DNA of 46,057 nt, the filler included, from Jimgerdemannia flammicorona (lineage: Eukaryota), in NCBI GenBank assembly GCA_003990765.1. It is 2 parts of 2 records of this genome, joined end to end, with 100 filler letters (N's around TTAATTAATTAA, not from the genome) between each part and the next. Parts side by side here need not be neighbours in the genome. Positions count along the whole stretch, not along the records: positions 23,080 to 46,057 come from RBNJ01001175.1; 1 more part is not named here. One strand, written 5' to 3'. The position numbers and the translations under genes were made by a program. Of this stretch, positions 25,077-37,653 are shown piece by piece (the first letter of the stretch is position 1; every line of letters begins with the position of its first letter). The notes beneath the pieces are model-generated. The model ran no database searches, was not told the DNA's origin, and was given only the letters and a program-made list of their open reading frames with translations.

Positions 25077-27159
25077 CTAATGCCACCCTCCATTGACCAC
25101 CGCCTCCTCCCTGATCCTCTCGACGGGGTTCTCTGCGGCAGCACTGGCGGGCAGCGTGAGCAGGGTATCGTGGATGGCGCAGATGGCGCGAGAGGCACAC
25201 GACGCCTCGATCACACACGAAATGTTGATTTCGGAGGCGCCTTGCGAAATCATTTCGATGTTGATACGCGCCGCCGCCAGCGTAGAGAACATGCGGCCGG
25301 CTATACCCACCATGTTCTTCATCTGCTTGCCCACTAGACTGAGGATCGCCATGTTGTACATTAAATCGACCTAGAGATAGAAGGATGTAAAGAATTCGTG
25401 ATGAGTGATAGGGTAAGCCTACAAAGAAACGAAAGGAACAAAAGAGAAAGAATGGTTGGGAAACATACCGTGCCTAACTTCCTTAGTTCCTCCAACGCCT
25501 TCTCCAGTTCCTTCTCCGGCACATCCGCCCCAAACGCCATTGAGATATGCACTTCGCTCGTCGAGATTAAATCCACCACAATGCCATGCTTATCCAACGT
25601 CCTAAAGATTTGCGCAAAAAAACCATGGCTCACGCTCTTCCGATTCGAGTGGATATTGAGCACAATCACATTATCCTTGATAGTCACAGCCGTGGGATGC
25701 TTCCTGCTCAGATCGAAATTATACCCGTTCTCGAGTAGTACCTTGGGCGAATGCGGCGGGGTGGCGATGCCGTTGCGTGACACCGAGTCCGGGAAGATGA
25801 TGGTGCCGCGCCCGCGCGGGTTCTCCACGTTTTTGATCCGGATCGGAATCCGCGCCCGGATGACCTGCTCCATCGTAAATGGGTGGATCACCTCCGACCC
25901 GTAGTACGTCAACTCCGCCGCCTCCTCTGGCGTGATGATTGGCAGGAGCCGTGCATCAGGAACCTTGCGCGGGTCCGCAGTGAAGATGCCATCTACCTCC
26001 TTCCAGATCTGGAGCTCTTCCGCGGAGAGGCCGACCGCGATGAGGGCCGCACAGAGGTCTGTGTAGCCACGCCCAATGGTCGTAAGGAGGCTGCCGGGAA
26101 CATTGCTGAAGAAGCCTGGGTGGCGAGTGGGGATGGAATAATTTATGTTAGTCTACGTTTCGATAAGCAAAAGCACGAGCGCCTCCACTTTGGAGGAGCT
26201 GCAAGGGAATGAGGCACTCACCAGTGACAACGGGGACCCGATTGCCACACTGTTGTACCACCGTGGCCATCCGCTCCGAGAGATAATCGTAAAAACTCTG
26301 ATCTAGATTGTCGAGGGCGAAATCCTGATCAACAATGTTCTCCAGGCTTATGAATTCGGTGTCGACATGCTGAAAAAGGAAATAAATTTTCAGGATCCCC
26401 GCCCCCCCCAAAAAAAAGTCAGCTCGGCGGAATCCAACAACCAACCCGCCACAAAACCATCCAACCCAAATCGTCCACGTACCCGATCCCTCAGCACGGC
26501 AGCAACGATCCTGCAGCTTAGCTTCTCACCGACACCGATGATAATGTCCCTAGACCGGGGCGACACCTCGTCAATAATTTCAGCGGCCTCTAGGAACGAC
26601 CGCAGCTTCCAGCAGTCGGTCTCAATCTCTCGCTCTGTCTCCCGGAGAATTTCTGGGTTCGCAATGTGCAGCCGCGCCGCCGCAAGGTGGTCTTTTGTGA
26701 TGTCCTGCACGATCGACTGGTATTCCTTCGACCCGGGCTTAAGAGCCTCCTCTGCCGCACGAAGGAGGCGGTGCGTCGTACCCGTTGCTTTCGTCTCACC
26801 ACTACGCGCGGAACAGACGACGACGACACGATGTTGCGACATGTAGGACCTGGGAGGGGGTTAACGGGTGAGGGAAGATATCACTGGTTATGCTTGGGCG
26901 AACCACGTTTTCGTCGCATACATGCGTAGAGACAATGAAGCCAACTCATTGCGGCAATAAACCCTAACGGCTAGCAGAACAATGGGCTTTATCAATCGCT
27001 AACCAAAGTCGTCGGTCGGTCAAACGGGCCGTGATATACGTACTTCACAATGTTGCTGGTGATGACGTCCAGGAATTTGCCGATGCTCGTGCCGCCGTAC
27101 TTTTGCACGGCCCAGGGAAGGCCGACCTTGTTCTGTTCCAATTGTTCCAGCGACGACAT
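25077..27159 (-). CDS. HOM3: Aspartate kinase with C-terminal ACT domains (multi-exon)
   Basis: VQKYGGTSIGK, VVVCSARS, GVGEKLS, IGRGYTDL, WKEVDGIFTADPR, ELTYYGSEVIHP, DLISTSEV, ISQGASEINISCVI; GT-AG introns. Confidence 0.96.
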
Positions 27160-27284
27160 GGCTGTGGTTATGGGTTATGGGGCGAGATAGGGTTGTTAGG
27201 GAGCGGAGAGTCAGATTTTTATTTGTCCTTTTGTGGCTTGTCTTGTAATCTTATCTACAACTTAATCAATACCAATGAAAATCA

Positions 27285-27293
27285 ATGACTCAT
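27285..27293. promoter_or_regulatory. Gcn4/CpcA (AP-1-like) binding site upstream of HOM3
   Basis: Perfect ATGACTCAT about 125 bp upstream of the ATG. Confidence 0.7.
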
Positions 27294-27627
27294 ATCAAAT
27301 TGCAACAAGTCATCAATCTCAACGTGCTGCTACTCGACCCTATTGTCTATTGTCCGCTCAAAAAACTCTAACTTTAAATTAACATCCGAGGTTTTACCTA
27401 TCCCAGCCATGTTGTAGTTGCCTGGTCTTCCCATTTTGGAACTACCGGGTCCATGAATTGGTACTTGACCGTCTACTCGGACTGGTGAAATAGGAAACCT
27501 TATTTCGTCCACTAAGGAACGACGTTCACCTTTCGATTTTGCATATTGCACAGGAATGTCCAAACTCCAACACTCAATTGCCCAGTTCCTCTCCTAATCC
27601 TTTCACGCGCTGCTCCCAAGGACAGGA

Positions 27628-28120
27628 CACACTTAGTCCATCATTATCACCACTGTTCGCCAAATCGGATAACCCATTAACTGGCCACATCACCTAGAAA
27701 GAAAATCCCCACCGAGTCATTATCATCGCCATTCTGAGCCATCGTTCATTGCTGTTCTGTACTTAATCTATCATTGTTATTGCCATTCCATTATCGCTGT
27801 TCTGGGTCATCATTCTGCACTTATTGTCATCGTCGTTATTGCCATTCCTTCTGGGTCATCGTTTGCACTAGTCTGTCATTGCCATTCTGGGTCGCTGTTC
27901 TGTCATCATTGGTATTGCCCACCATTTTGGATCGTCATTTGCACTTAGTCTGTCATTGCCGTTCTGGGTCACTGTTCTGTACTTAGTCTGTTATCATCGT
28001 CATTAACATTCTGGACTGTACTTAGTCTGTCATCGTCATCACCACCATTCTGGTTGTCATTTGCACTTAGTCAGTCATTATCATCATCACCATTCTGGGT
28101 TATCGTTTGCAGCTGTTCTG
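27628..28120. repeat. Degenerate minisatellite, units of roughly 40-60 bp
   Basis: Recurrent cacttagtctgtcat..gccattctgggtcatcgtttg. Confidence 0.85.
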
Positions 28121-29442
28121 GGACAGCCCTCACCTTATACAAAGTTGACCAACTCTTCATAGTGACACCTATTCAAGTTTGAGAAATTTTGGTTTAGTTA
28201 TTCTTATGTAACCTTAGAACTCAACAAGGACATCAATTCTTAAGAAGAGAGGGATGTAACAATTTCTTAGACTTCTTTCTCTCAAACCATATCAGTCAAA
28301 AGGCCCAGGTGGAAATTGGATCCCTATGGTGCAGGGGAAGAGAGGCCATCAGTGCCCCAAGGTTGGGTGTACCAGAAGCAGTGAGAGAAGAGAAGTCCAC
28401 TAGTGTTGAGTTGCTCCAACCTCAAGGCTACAGTTTTAAGAATTCAAGGTTTCTATTATTTTATGAGCTAGATGGTGTGATGTAAGCTCTGGGAGCCACT
28501 GGCAACAACTCAAGGAGATGAGGAGTCATTCTTCTGGTGGGGGAGCCAGCTTCATGATAAGCATCCAACTCATTGGTGTGCTCTGGTGGGCTGGAGGATA
28601 TGGGTCAGGCCCTTAGGCTTTCTTTTACACTGGGGGGACTTTCACTGTATCCTTAAGGTGTAGAGGTGGCTCGGGCAATTTCAGAAGATATTTGGAGGAT
28701 TTTGGAAAGCATGACAGATGATTGGTTGAAGCAAATAAGGTGATTTCAATATATGGTATAATAGTGACTGATGATTAGTAATTGATAAATGGTATGATGT
28801 GAGATAGCAGTAATGATTGGGTTAGATAATTGACTAGTGGTAGTGCAATACTCAGTAAGATAATCAGCAGAGTGATGACTTTGCTGCTTTGAAGAGAGGA
28901 GAGTCAGTAGGCTGGGTATAGTACTATAGGAGTACTCAAGATACTGGAGTTATATCTAGTAACTCATTTGGATAAGATCAGATATAAATTGGTATCTACT
29001 TGAGATACTGGTGTCATAAGCCAGATAGTGATCTCTGACTTAGAGCAGAGTAGGGAGAGTAACAGTCAGATGGAAGACTCATTCATTAAGTATATAGATT
29101 AGTACTAAGCAGTCAAGATGGGATAGAGTAACTTATTATTAGAGAATTCTCAGGTCTACATACTATTTCATTTCTTACTTCACATTATATATATTATTTA
29201 TATGAGAGAACTAGTTATAGTCTTAGTGTGGGCATTATTATTGACAAGAAGAGGGGGGGGGTGAGAGTAGCTCAGAGTAGAGAGAACCAGGTTCTAGCTA
29301 TCTTGATCTTGTCAAGATTAGGTGTTGGATTACTTAAGGCTACTCTGTTTAGAGCCTGACCCCACTTACTTTCTTATCAGAAAATCTGAAGGATATTTTT
29401 CTGCTATTTGCTTTGTAACTATATTCTGAATAAATGAGTATA

Positions 29443-29477
<35 letters not shown>

Positions 29478-29881
29478 TATCTTAGTTATAGTATATTTTT
29501 ATATCTTTTTTCTAATCTTTCTTTATCTTTTCTTAAATATTTTACAATGTTTTAATATCTTTTAAATATTTAGAAATTCTTTCTTAGTACCAAGACTTTA
29601 TTAAATATTCTTATCTTTTCTTAGTATCAAGTATCTTATCTTAGCTAGTTATAGAATCTTATCAGTCATCTTTGCTAAAAATTATTTTTTTGACTTTTCT
29701 TTTTATTTTTAGATCTTTCTTTCAGATCTTGTATAATTTTTTTTTTTTTCTTTACTTAAATAATACTTAGAATATTTTTTTCAAAACCACTTAAACCTAT
29801 AAGTATCTCTTTAGGCTACTTTAAACCTACTAGAAACTTCTAGATTTAACTACTTTCTCTTAAAAAATTAGAACTATTATA
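28120..29881 (+). mobile_element. Gypsy-A-related 3' UTR, PPT and LTR, apparently split by a ~1.2-kb unclassified insert (28267-29472)
   Basis: ttcaagtttgagaaattttggtt, PPT aagaagagaggga and TGTAACAATTTC at 28255; LTR similarity resumes ~29473 and ends gaactattata at 29881. Confidence 0.72.
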
Positions 29882-29884
29882 TAT

Positions 29885-29966
29885 ATATTAAGTATCTTAA
29901 CTACTTATAAAAACTTATAAAATATTATAAAATATTCTTAGTTATTCTTAGTTTAGACTTTATCTT

Positions 29967-30048
<82 letters not shown>

Positions 30049-30258
30049 TTTTTTTTTAATTTCTAAAATCTTTTTAGAACTTTCTTTCAAATCTTATATA
30101 TTAATACCTTCTTTATCTATTTAAATAAATATTAAAATTATTTCTTTTAGAAATTTTTCAAAAACTATTTAAATATAAAATATCTCTTTAAGATATTTAA
30201 ACTTTATTAAAACTTTTCAAAATTTATTACTTTCTTATTAAAAACTAGAACTATTATA
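29885..30258 (+). repeat. Extremely AT-converted relic of a Gypsy-A-like LTR
   Basis: Ends tactttcttattaaaaactagaactattata like the LTR; almost no G/C left; expanded T-run. Confidence 0.65.
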
Positions 30259-30349
30259 ATATATATTTAAAAAAAAATTGTAAAAATCTAAATTAGAAGA
30301 GATAAATATATATATATATATTATAGATAATCAATATTGACTATTAGCT

Positions 30350-33300
30350 CTAAGTTTTAAGTTCTTAAAGAAGGTACTGAGTTTTGATTATCTTTTATAG
30401 TAGAGTCTAGATATTGCTTTGAGGCCCTTATACTGGAGAAGTGCCATACTTGTATTTTAAGTTGATCAGGCTCAGAATTATTAACAAATCAAATCTGAGG
30501 ATTTGTAATAAGAATACTACTTTTTATTCTTATATCTGAGAAAAGCAGAGCTAAAATTATAAAATACTTAGTATAGAGAGTATTTATATATATTGTAACA
30601 TAGCAGACACTTAATCTTAAAAGTATGTCAGATTTCTATATCTTGAAAACTTGATCTTCTTTAACTCCACAGAGTCCTTGAGATATAGGGGTGGGTGAGT
30701 TTGAAGTATATCTGTCTATAGACTTACTAGTTCCTTTACTTTCTCTTTGCTTTAAACTATTTTGATCTAAGGTTTATTCACTCTAAGATACTGGGTTATT
30801 TATACAAGTTTTACTAGCTATAAAGTAGCTAAGTAATAAGTCATTTTCTATTAGTATTGAATCTTTTAACATCTGTAAAGATTTCACCATCTCCCAAAAC
30901 TTTGCCAATATTAAAGTTTCTGCTAGTGGTGAAATATGACTGTTATCTATAAGGCTAAGCTATATTTGGGAATTGGATTTAGATATCGCAATCAAATGTC
31001 TAATTCTCTTAATTCATATTACTAATTTAGATTAACCATCACAACTTCTTCCTGAATAGATAATTTATTTCTGAACTATCTTATTCACTCAAACTCCCAG
31101 GCTTCTATAATTTATATCTTCTTATATTATGTGATTTATACTATAACATTCTTCCAATATTGTCTCTTGATATATCCAAAGTCAATTGGGGCTACTTCTC
31201 AAAAATAGGCTAGGGCTGGCTCATTATCTTTGAATAACTTATGTACTCTCTTGGCAATTGTGATCTGAGTATAGGAGAGTTGACATTCCTTAATCTAGTC
31301 TTCTTTTCCCATATTTAGCTTTAAATTCAGTAGCTATTCTAACTTGAAGTATTCTTAAAACTCAGTTTGATTCTGATAAATCTTGAAGTGCAAAATTCAT
31401 GACAAGTGGGTCTAGACTATAAGAATTCCTCCATTGTGGGTGACTTGGTAGAATACCACTATCTTTCTATGACTCATTGGGCAGCACTTGTGATCCTGAG
31501 GGCAGCTGTATTACTTCATTGACTGTTTATAGTACTTTTTGAGTCAGTTTTGATGGATGGTAGTGGGGATAATTATGTCTAAGAGTTTTCATAGCCAAAA
31601 GGTGGTCTTTTTTATATCTTACACAAGGTAAGATCCTTCTCACTTAGGCTTTAGTTTTTGTGACCATAAAGCTTCTACTATGTTCTGATATACTAGGACT
31701 TTGTCTTCTATCTTAATAATATCCAGAGGCTTGTGAATCTTTTTCACATTTTTCTACTATAGTGTCTGTATCTTATTTATATAATATTCAGTCTTCTTCC
31801 TGATTTGGTATAGTTTCCATATCTCTGTGTCCACTCATTTCTATACAGTATCTCTATTGAATAATAGAGTTCCTTGAGAACTTTCTTCTCTAAGTAGCAT
31901 TTCTTAAGGAGTAAAATAGATACTTTGTGATTGGATATCCCAGAGAGTGGATAATACTATTGGCAGATAGTGATCTCAATTTTCATAGTTATTACAAATC
32001 TTAGCAATAATATTCTTGAGGGTCTTGTTGGTTCTTTCTACTTGTCTATTTTCTTAGAGATAATATGCTATAGTCTGAATATGCTGAATCTTATACTTTT
32101 TGTAGAGAATCTCAAAGAACTAGTTCATGAATTCTGTTCCTCTATCTATAGTTACTTATGTTGGAGTCTTGAATCAGCAGATGATTTCTTTATAGAAGAA
32201 ATCAGCGATTGACTGTACATTGGCTTCTTTGAGGAGTCCTGTCTCTATCTATTTTATAAAGAGGTCTATAATAATAATGATGTATCAGTTGCTAGTTAAG
32301 ATCAGAGATAGTGGGCCAATTATATCTATTGCTATATGGGCAAAGGGTATCAGTTCTATATGTACTGATTCTGGGGTCTGATTTCATTGGTCTTGTTTCT
32401 ATTTCTGATATTTGTTACAGGTCTTGACAAATTGTCTGATATCTTCCTCCATTCCTGGCCACCATATTGTTCTTCTTGCTTTATCATATATATTAGTTCC
32501 TCCTAGATAGCTGAGTTCATGTATTGATTTCATTGCTTACTCCTTCTTATATTCTGATATGACTAGTAGTTTTCCTTTCTTTAGCATTTCTCTATCAGTT
32601 TTGAATTATTTCCATATTCTATTGATAATTATTTATATCTATTCTTCCAGATATTGGGGTATCTTTTGCTGTCCTAGGTATATAATAATTCCATAGTATA
32701 GCTCCTTATTCATTATTGGTTTGTTGGTTGAGAGTTCTTTAGAGTATCCATGAGAGAGTATTTGTATTGGCATTGGTTCTTTCTGGATAGTACATGATAG
32801 TTATGTCATAGGCTTATAACTTTATAATTCATCTGACATAGATTCCTTTGAGTTGTCCAGTGGTCAGTAGCCAGGTGAGGGCTGAGTGATCTATCTAAAT
32901 AGTAAAGTGCCTTCTGGTCAGATAGTAGTGGAACTTTTCTACAGCTCAGATGACTGTGAGATATTCCAACTTATACAATTCATATTCTTTTTCAGCTCCT
33001 CAAGTTCCTTGACTAAGATATGTAATAACATACTCTACTTTGTCTTTCTTTTGGGCCAGAATGGCTCCTAGTTCTTGTGCACTTACATCTGTCTGCAGGA
33101 TGAATTCTTGAGTCCAATCAGATCTTCTAAGGATCAGTGCTTGGGTCAGCCTGATCTTGAGCTTATTAAATGCTTATTACTGCTTGCTAGTCCATTGAAA
33201 CTTGGTATTCTTCTTATTGAGTTCATAGATTGGATCTGCAATATTAGAGAATCCTCTAATAAATCTTCAGTAGTAGGAGGTGAGTTCTATGAAGACTTGA

Positions 33301-36300
33301 GCTTCAGTAATGGTAGTAGGTCTTGGATATACTACTATTGCTTATATGTATCTTGAGAGGGTCTGTATGTATTTCATCTTGATTGATAACATGATCAAGG
33401 TAGGAGATCTCAATTTCTGCAAACTTGTATTTCTTAGACTTAATATAAAGGCCATACTTCCTCAACTTCTCCATCATCTGCTGGATGTGCCACAGATATT
33501 CTTCAGTTATCTTATTATAGATAATTATATCATCTATATAAACTATCATTCATCTTCCCATATCATAGCAGAAGATTTTGTTCATCATTTACTAGAAGCT
33601 TGCTGGTATATTATACATTCCAAATAGTATTTGCAGATAGATATAGATTCTGTTTGGGGTGATGAAAGCTGATTTTTCACTTGCTGCTTCTGTGAGACCA
33701 ATTTGATAGAATCCTGAGTATAAGTCTAAGGTGCTATAATACTGTACTTTGTCTCCTAGAGTTACAAGGATATCACTGATAAGAGACAGGGGTTGGTGAT
33801 CTTTCTTAGTGATTAGGTTGAGTTTCTTATAATTAGTACAGAGCTTTGGAGCAAATTCTCCTGGCTTGCTTTCTTTCTTTGAGGCTAATATAACTGGTGA
33901 AGCCCAAGGGCTGCTGGCTTCTTTGATGATATTAGCTTCTTCCATCTGCTTGATTTCTTCTCTAAGCCATTTACAGTAGGCTGATAGAATAGGTCTTGTC
34001 TTCTGATAAATTGGTTCAGTGTCTCCTATGTCTATATTATAGTAGTAGTGTGGAGTCTTTCCTTTGATATTCTTGAAGTCTGTGGTAAAAACATCCTCAA
34101 ATTTATAGAGTATTTTCTTGAGTTCCTTTTTGAGTAGAAACTTATTTCCAATAGTATAACTATACTTATCTGTAGTTTCCTCCTTCTTGTAGTCCAGTTT
34201 AGTGATCTTGGTACTAGTGAATACTTCTCTTCCAGTGGATTCAAATTCTTTCCTTCCTCTTCTCATTTTCTCCAGCTTCTTAACTTCTATGATCTTTGGT
34301 TGTAGAATTGGAAAGATCAATATCTACACCAATTAGTTCTTTTTCTTGATTAGAAATGGAATTGTAGGATTGTAATTCCTGGCAATAAGTAGGATTTCTC
34401 TAATATAGTTTGAGTTAATGACTTTTCCTTCAATAATAATTTTGCTTTTAGCTAGACTGCTTTTTATCTTGAGAATTCTGACATAGTCTTTTGATATGGT
34501 CATTTCCAAATCAGTTGCAAGTAAGGTAGTTGTCTGGGGCTCCAGTACAGTTTCTTCTATAGTAGTAATATTCATTCCAGCTACATTTTCTGACTTGTAT
34601 TCTGGTAGAACTACATTAGGGTGAATCTTCTGGATCTTGACCTTGATTTCTTCTTCATTATTACTATCCTCCAGGAGGGCCAGTAGTTCATCATCTCCTT
34701 CTTCCTCTTTATCTTTAATCTGTTCCTCAAGAGTCTTCTATCCTCTTTCTTGGTAGATGTTCCTGATTCTGCTAGTACACTGATAGCAATCATTGATATG
34801 CTCTATATAGTACATCTTGATCCCATGAGGGCAGACTTCTTGTAGTGTATATCCTTCTGCAATCTTCTTACACCATTCCTCTTCACTCATCCATCCAACT
34901 TTCTTCTTCTTTTTCTGAGTGTCACCATATAGGCTTCCTCTTATTTGCTCTCTTGTTTCTTTATTTTGAGGAGTACTCTTTTATTGACATTGATGAAAAT
35001 TTATATCTTCTGTCCTTAGTAGATAATCTGCATCTTTTGTATATTGAGATTTATTATTGCTCTAACTTTATGAAACCATTGATTGCTGATAAGGATGTCT
35101 TAGTTAGTTGTATTGGTTATAATTACATCTACTGAGATGATTGCTCCTCCAAACTTAATGGGAACATCTTGAATTTTTCCCAGAGGTATAGCTCTTGTGC
35201 CATCAGCTGTAACAAACATCAACTTGATTACTTCTTCAACTTTCCAACCTAGGTGATCTGCTGTTTTTTTGCTGGGAAGACATCCCTCTGCTCTAGTATC
35301 AATAATGGTCTTAAAGAATCTGTTTTCAATTTGGCAAGTTGCATAGATAGAAGTCTTGCAGTTATCTTCACTTTTTTCTCCAGAGTCTTCTTGAACATTG
35401 TTGGCCTTGGTTATCTTCCAACCTTACTCCTTGGTTGTTTCTGCCAGTCTAAATCTTATTTATTATCTGAAGGTGGAAATTTCTGCAAGCTGACCAAAGA
35501 TTGCATTGACCTTTTGTTGGTTGAGGTCTTTAAAGATATCATATTTGAAAGTCTTGGTCTTATGGAGCTTCTTCTCCTTTTCTCCTTCACTAACTGAAGT
35601 GGTTTCTTGGATAATATCCTGAACTATCTGCTCAAGCTCTATATCTTGATCTATTTCTTTAGCTTGGCTTCCTGTGGCTGTCTCTATTTGTTTTTCTACT
35701 AGGTTCTTCTTAGGTCTTCCTGGTGGTCTCTTGTAAGGTTCCTTGTGAATATTCTTTTTAGTAGTCTATGTAGAATAGGCCTCTCATTCTTCATCTGATT
35801 CTTCAATTTCCTCAAATGTGATGATGTTGGCCTGTTCCTTGTTTCTAGTAGCATTGCTTGGCTGGACCTTATTCTTGGTTTCACTCATACATTTATAAGA
35901 GTGGTGGCCTTCCTCTCCACAGCTATAGCAGGTACCTTTCTTCTTATCTGTAGTGGTAGTAAACTTCTGAACTGGGCAGCAGTCTCTTCCTCTGATTTTC
36001 TTTACTACATCTCCTAGGTGGGCAGTTATTTCAGCAAACTGTTTGGTAAGCTCTCCTATAGGGTCACTGTTTCTCTACTGCTCTATAGCTCTTAGCTGAG
36101 GTGTGTTTTTATTGATCATTGTGATAGAGATCACACTAGTTGCCTTAGGTACTTCAATTCTAACTCTAGTAACTCTTTCCATTATATAGTCTTGTAGGTA
36201 TCTGGCTATCCAATATCACTGAGCATAAGTGACCTTTTGTAGTAGATCCAGAACTACTGGTAATGAGTAAATAGTCATAGCTATCTCTGGGTGGACTTCT

Positions 36301-36458
36301 TTCATAAAGGTTGCTTCAGCTATTTGATCTTAGATAGTATCAATATAGTCTGTAAAGATTATCTGATATCAGATTCTGGTGTAGAATGTGTTTGGATCCT
36401 CACTCATCTCTTGACATATTGTATTGAGCTAGTCCTTCAGGGCTTGCTTGATCTCATC
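30350..36458 (-). mobile_element. Third Gypsy element (Gypsy-C), decayed: gag-PR-dUTPase-RT-RH-IN plus 3' extra ORF; 5' end cut by the hAT
   Basis: Knuckle CYSCGEEGH (~35915), protease IIDTRAE (~35295), SSPWASPVIL, TLDLYSGFYQ, VYIDDII, CLQTDV, integrase CKTCNKYQ, GPF-like WSQKLKPK*EGSY. Confidence 0.9.
34225..34620 (-). pseudogene. dUTPase domain between protease and RT in Gypsy-C
   Basis: NVAGMNI, KIKSSLA, GKVINSNYIREI, then frameshifted IFPILQPKIIEVKKLEKMRRGRKEFESTG (motif V). Confidence 0.85.
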
Positions 36459-37653
36459 TAGTGCTCCAAACGAATGGAGTTGATCCAGATGAGATTTGAT
36501 TCAGATTTATCATATGATAGATTTGAATCAACTTAGATTGATCTCATGATCTGATCCAGATTGATCCAGATTGATCCAGATTGATCTGAATTGATCCATC
36601 TGGATTGATTCATCCAGATGATCCATCTGGATTGACCCATCTAGATGATCCATCTGGATTGACCCATCTGGATGATCTATCTGAATTGATCTATCCAGAT
36701 TGACCTATCCAGATTGAAATCTTTGGTGACATCACTCTTTCTTTTATTCATTTCACTCTTGTTTTTTTTTTCCTATCACACTTTGGTGACATCACTCTTT
36801 CCTTTATTCCCTCTCTTTTCTTTGTTCTTTTTCTTTATTCTTTTCTACCACATTCATAAGCAAACAAAACAAGCAGCCCTTAATTCATATTTTGGTCCAG
36901 TCTACTCATTTTTTCACCCTGCAATGATTATTAAAAAGGGAGTATTCAAAGTAGAAATGTACTCTCTGCTGACAATATTAGATTTTTTCTTATATAGGCA
37001 GTATACAAGTTGCTCATTGAGAGCTAAAGGGGTGATAGTAGTGGCAATGGCGATGGTGAGGATGAGGGTGAATTTCGATAACAACTCATGGTAGCCCTTC
37101 AGACCTCAGAATTCACAGATCTTACAGCTATGTATGCGGTAGCCTTTTTAGAGCAGTCAGTAGTAGATGTAGGTTGCTCTTTTCTGCTGCTACTTTTTAC
37201 TTGTTTAAATTCCCCCAGCATGACCCAATTTACCTTGTGCTCTTCTTAGGGTCTACAGCTCTATAGTGAGATCTGCTGACTTTATTCACAATATCTGGTC
37301 AAGATGAAGAAAGGTTGGAGGATGTTGTGGGGCATACCTTTGGTGGCTGAGCTATTGAGTCAATACATCACATGGTGGAGGTCTCAAAAGGAACAGAAGC
37401 CTTTGTGAGCAATCTTATACAACTCATTGGTGTGCAACTTGTTGGCATACAGCTCACTCACCCACTCACTTATGCTCTTTTTCTAAAATACCCATCTTCA
37501 TGTTTTATTTAATTTCATTTTTTACATAGTCTCCCTCTAAAAAACACCCACACCTACATGCAACCTGCCCGCACACAACTCACCTACATACAACCTGTCT
37601 ACACACAACCCATCTGCACATAACCCATCCATATACTTATCTTGATCCCTCAG

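Noticed and set aside
23141..26929. Numerous plus-strand ORFs over TAF7 and HOM3
   Set aside because: Antisense shadows of GC-rich coding exons
36480..36715. CRISPR-like or telomere-like short repeats (also 42590-42910 and 39245-39790)
   Set aside because: No unique regular spacers and no cas genes; eukaryotic context; explained as transposon subterminal or internal arrays
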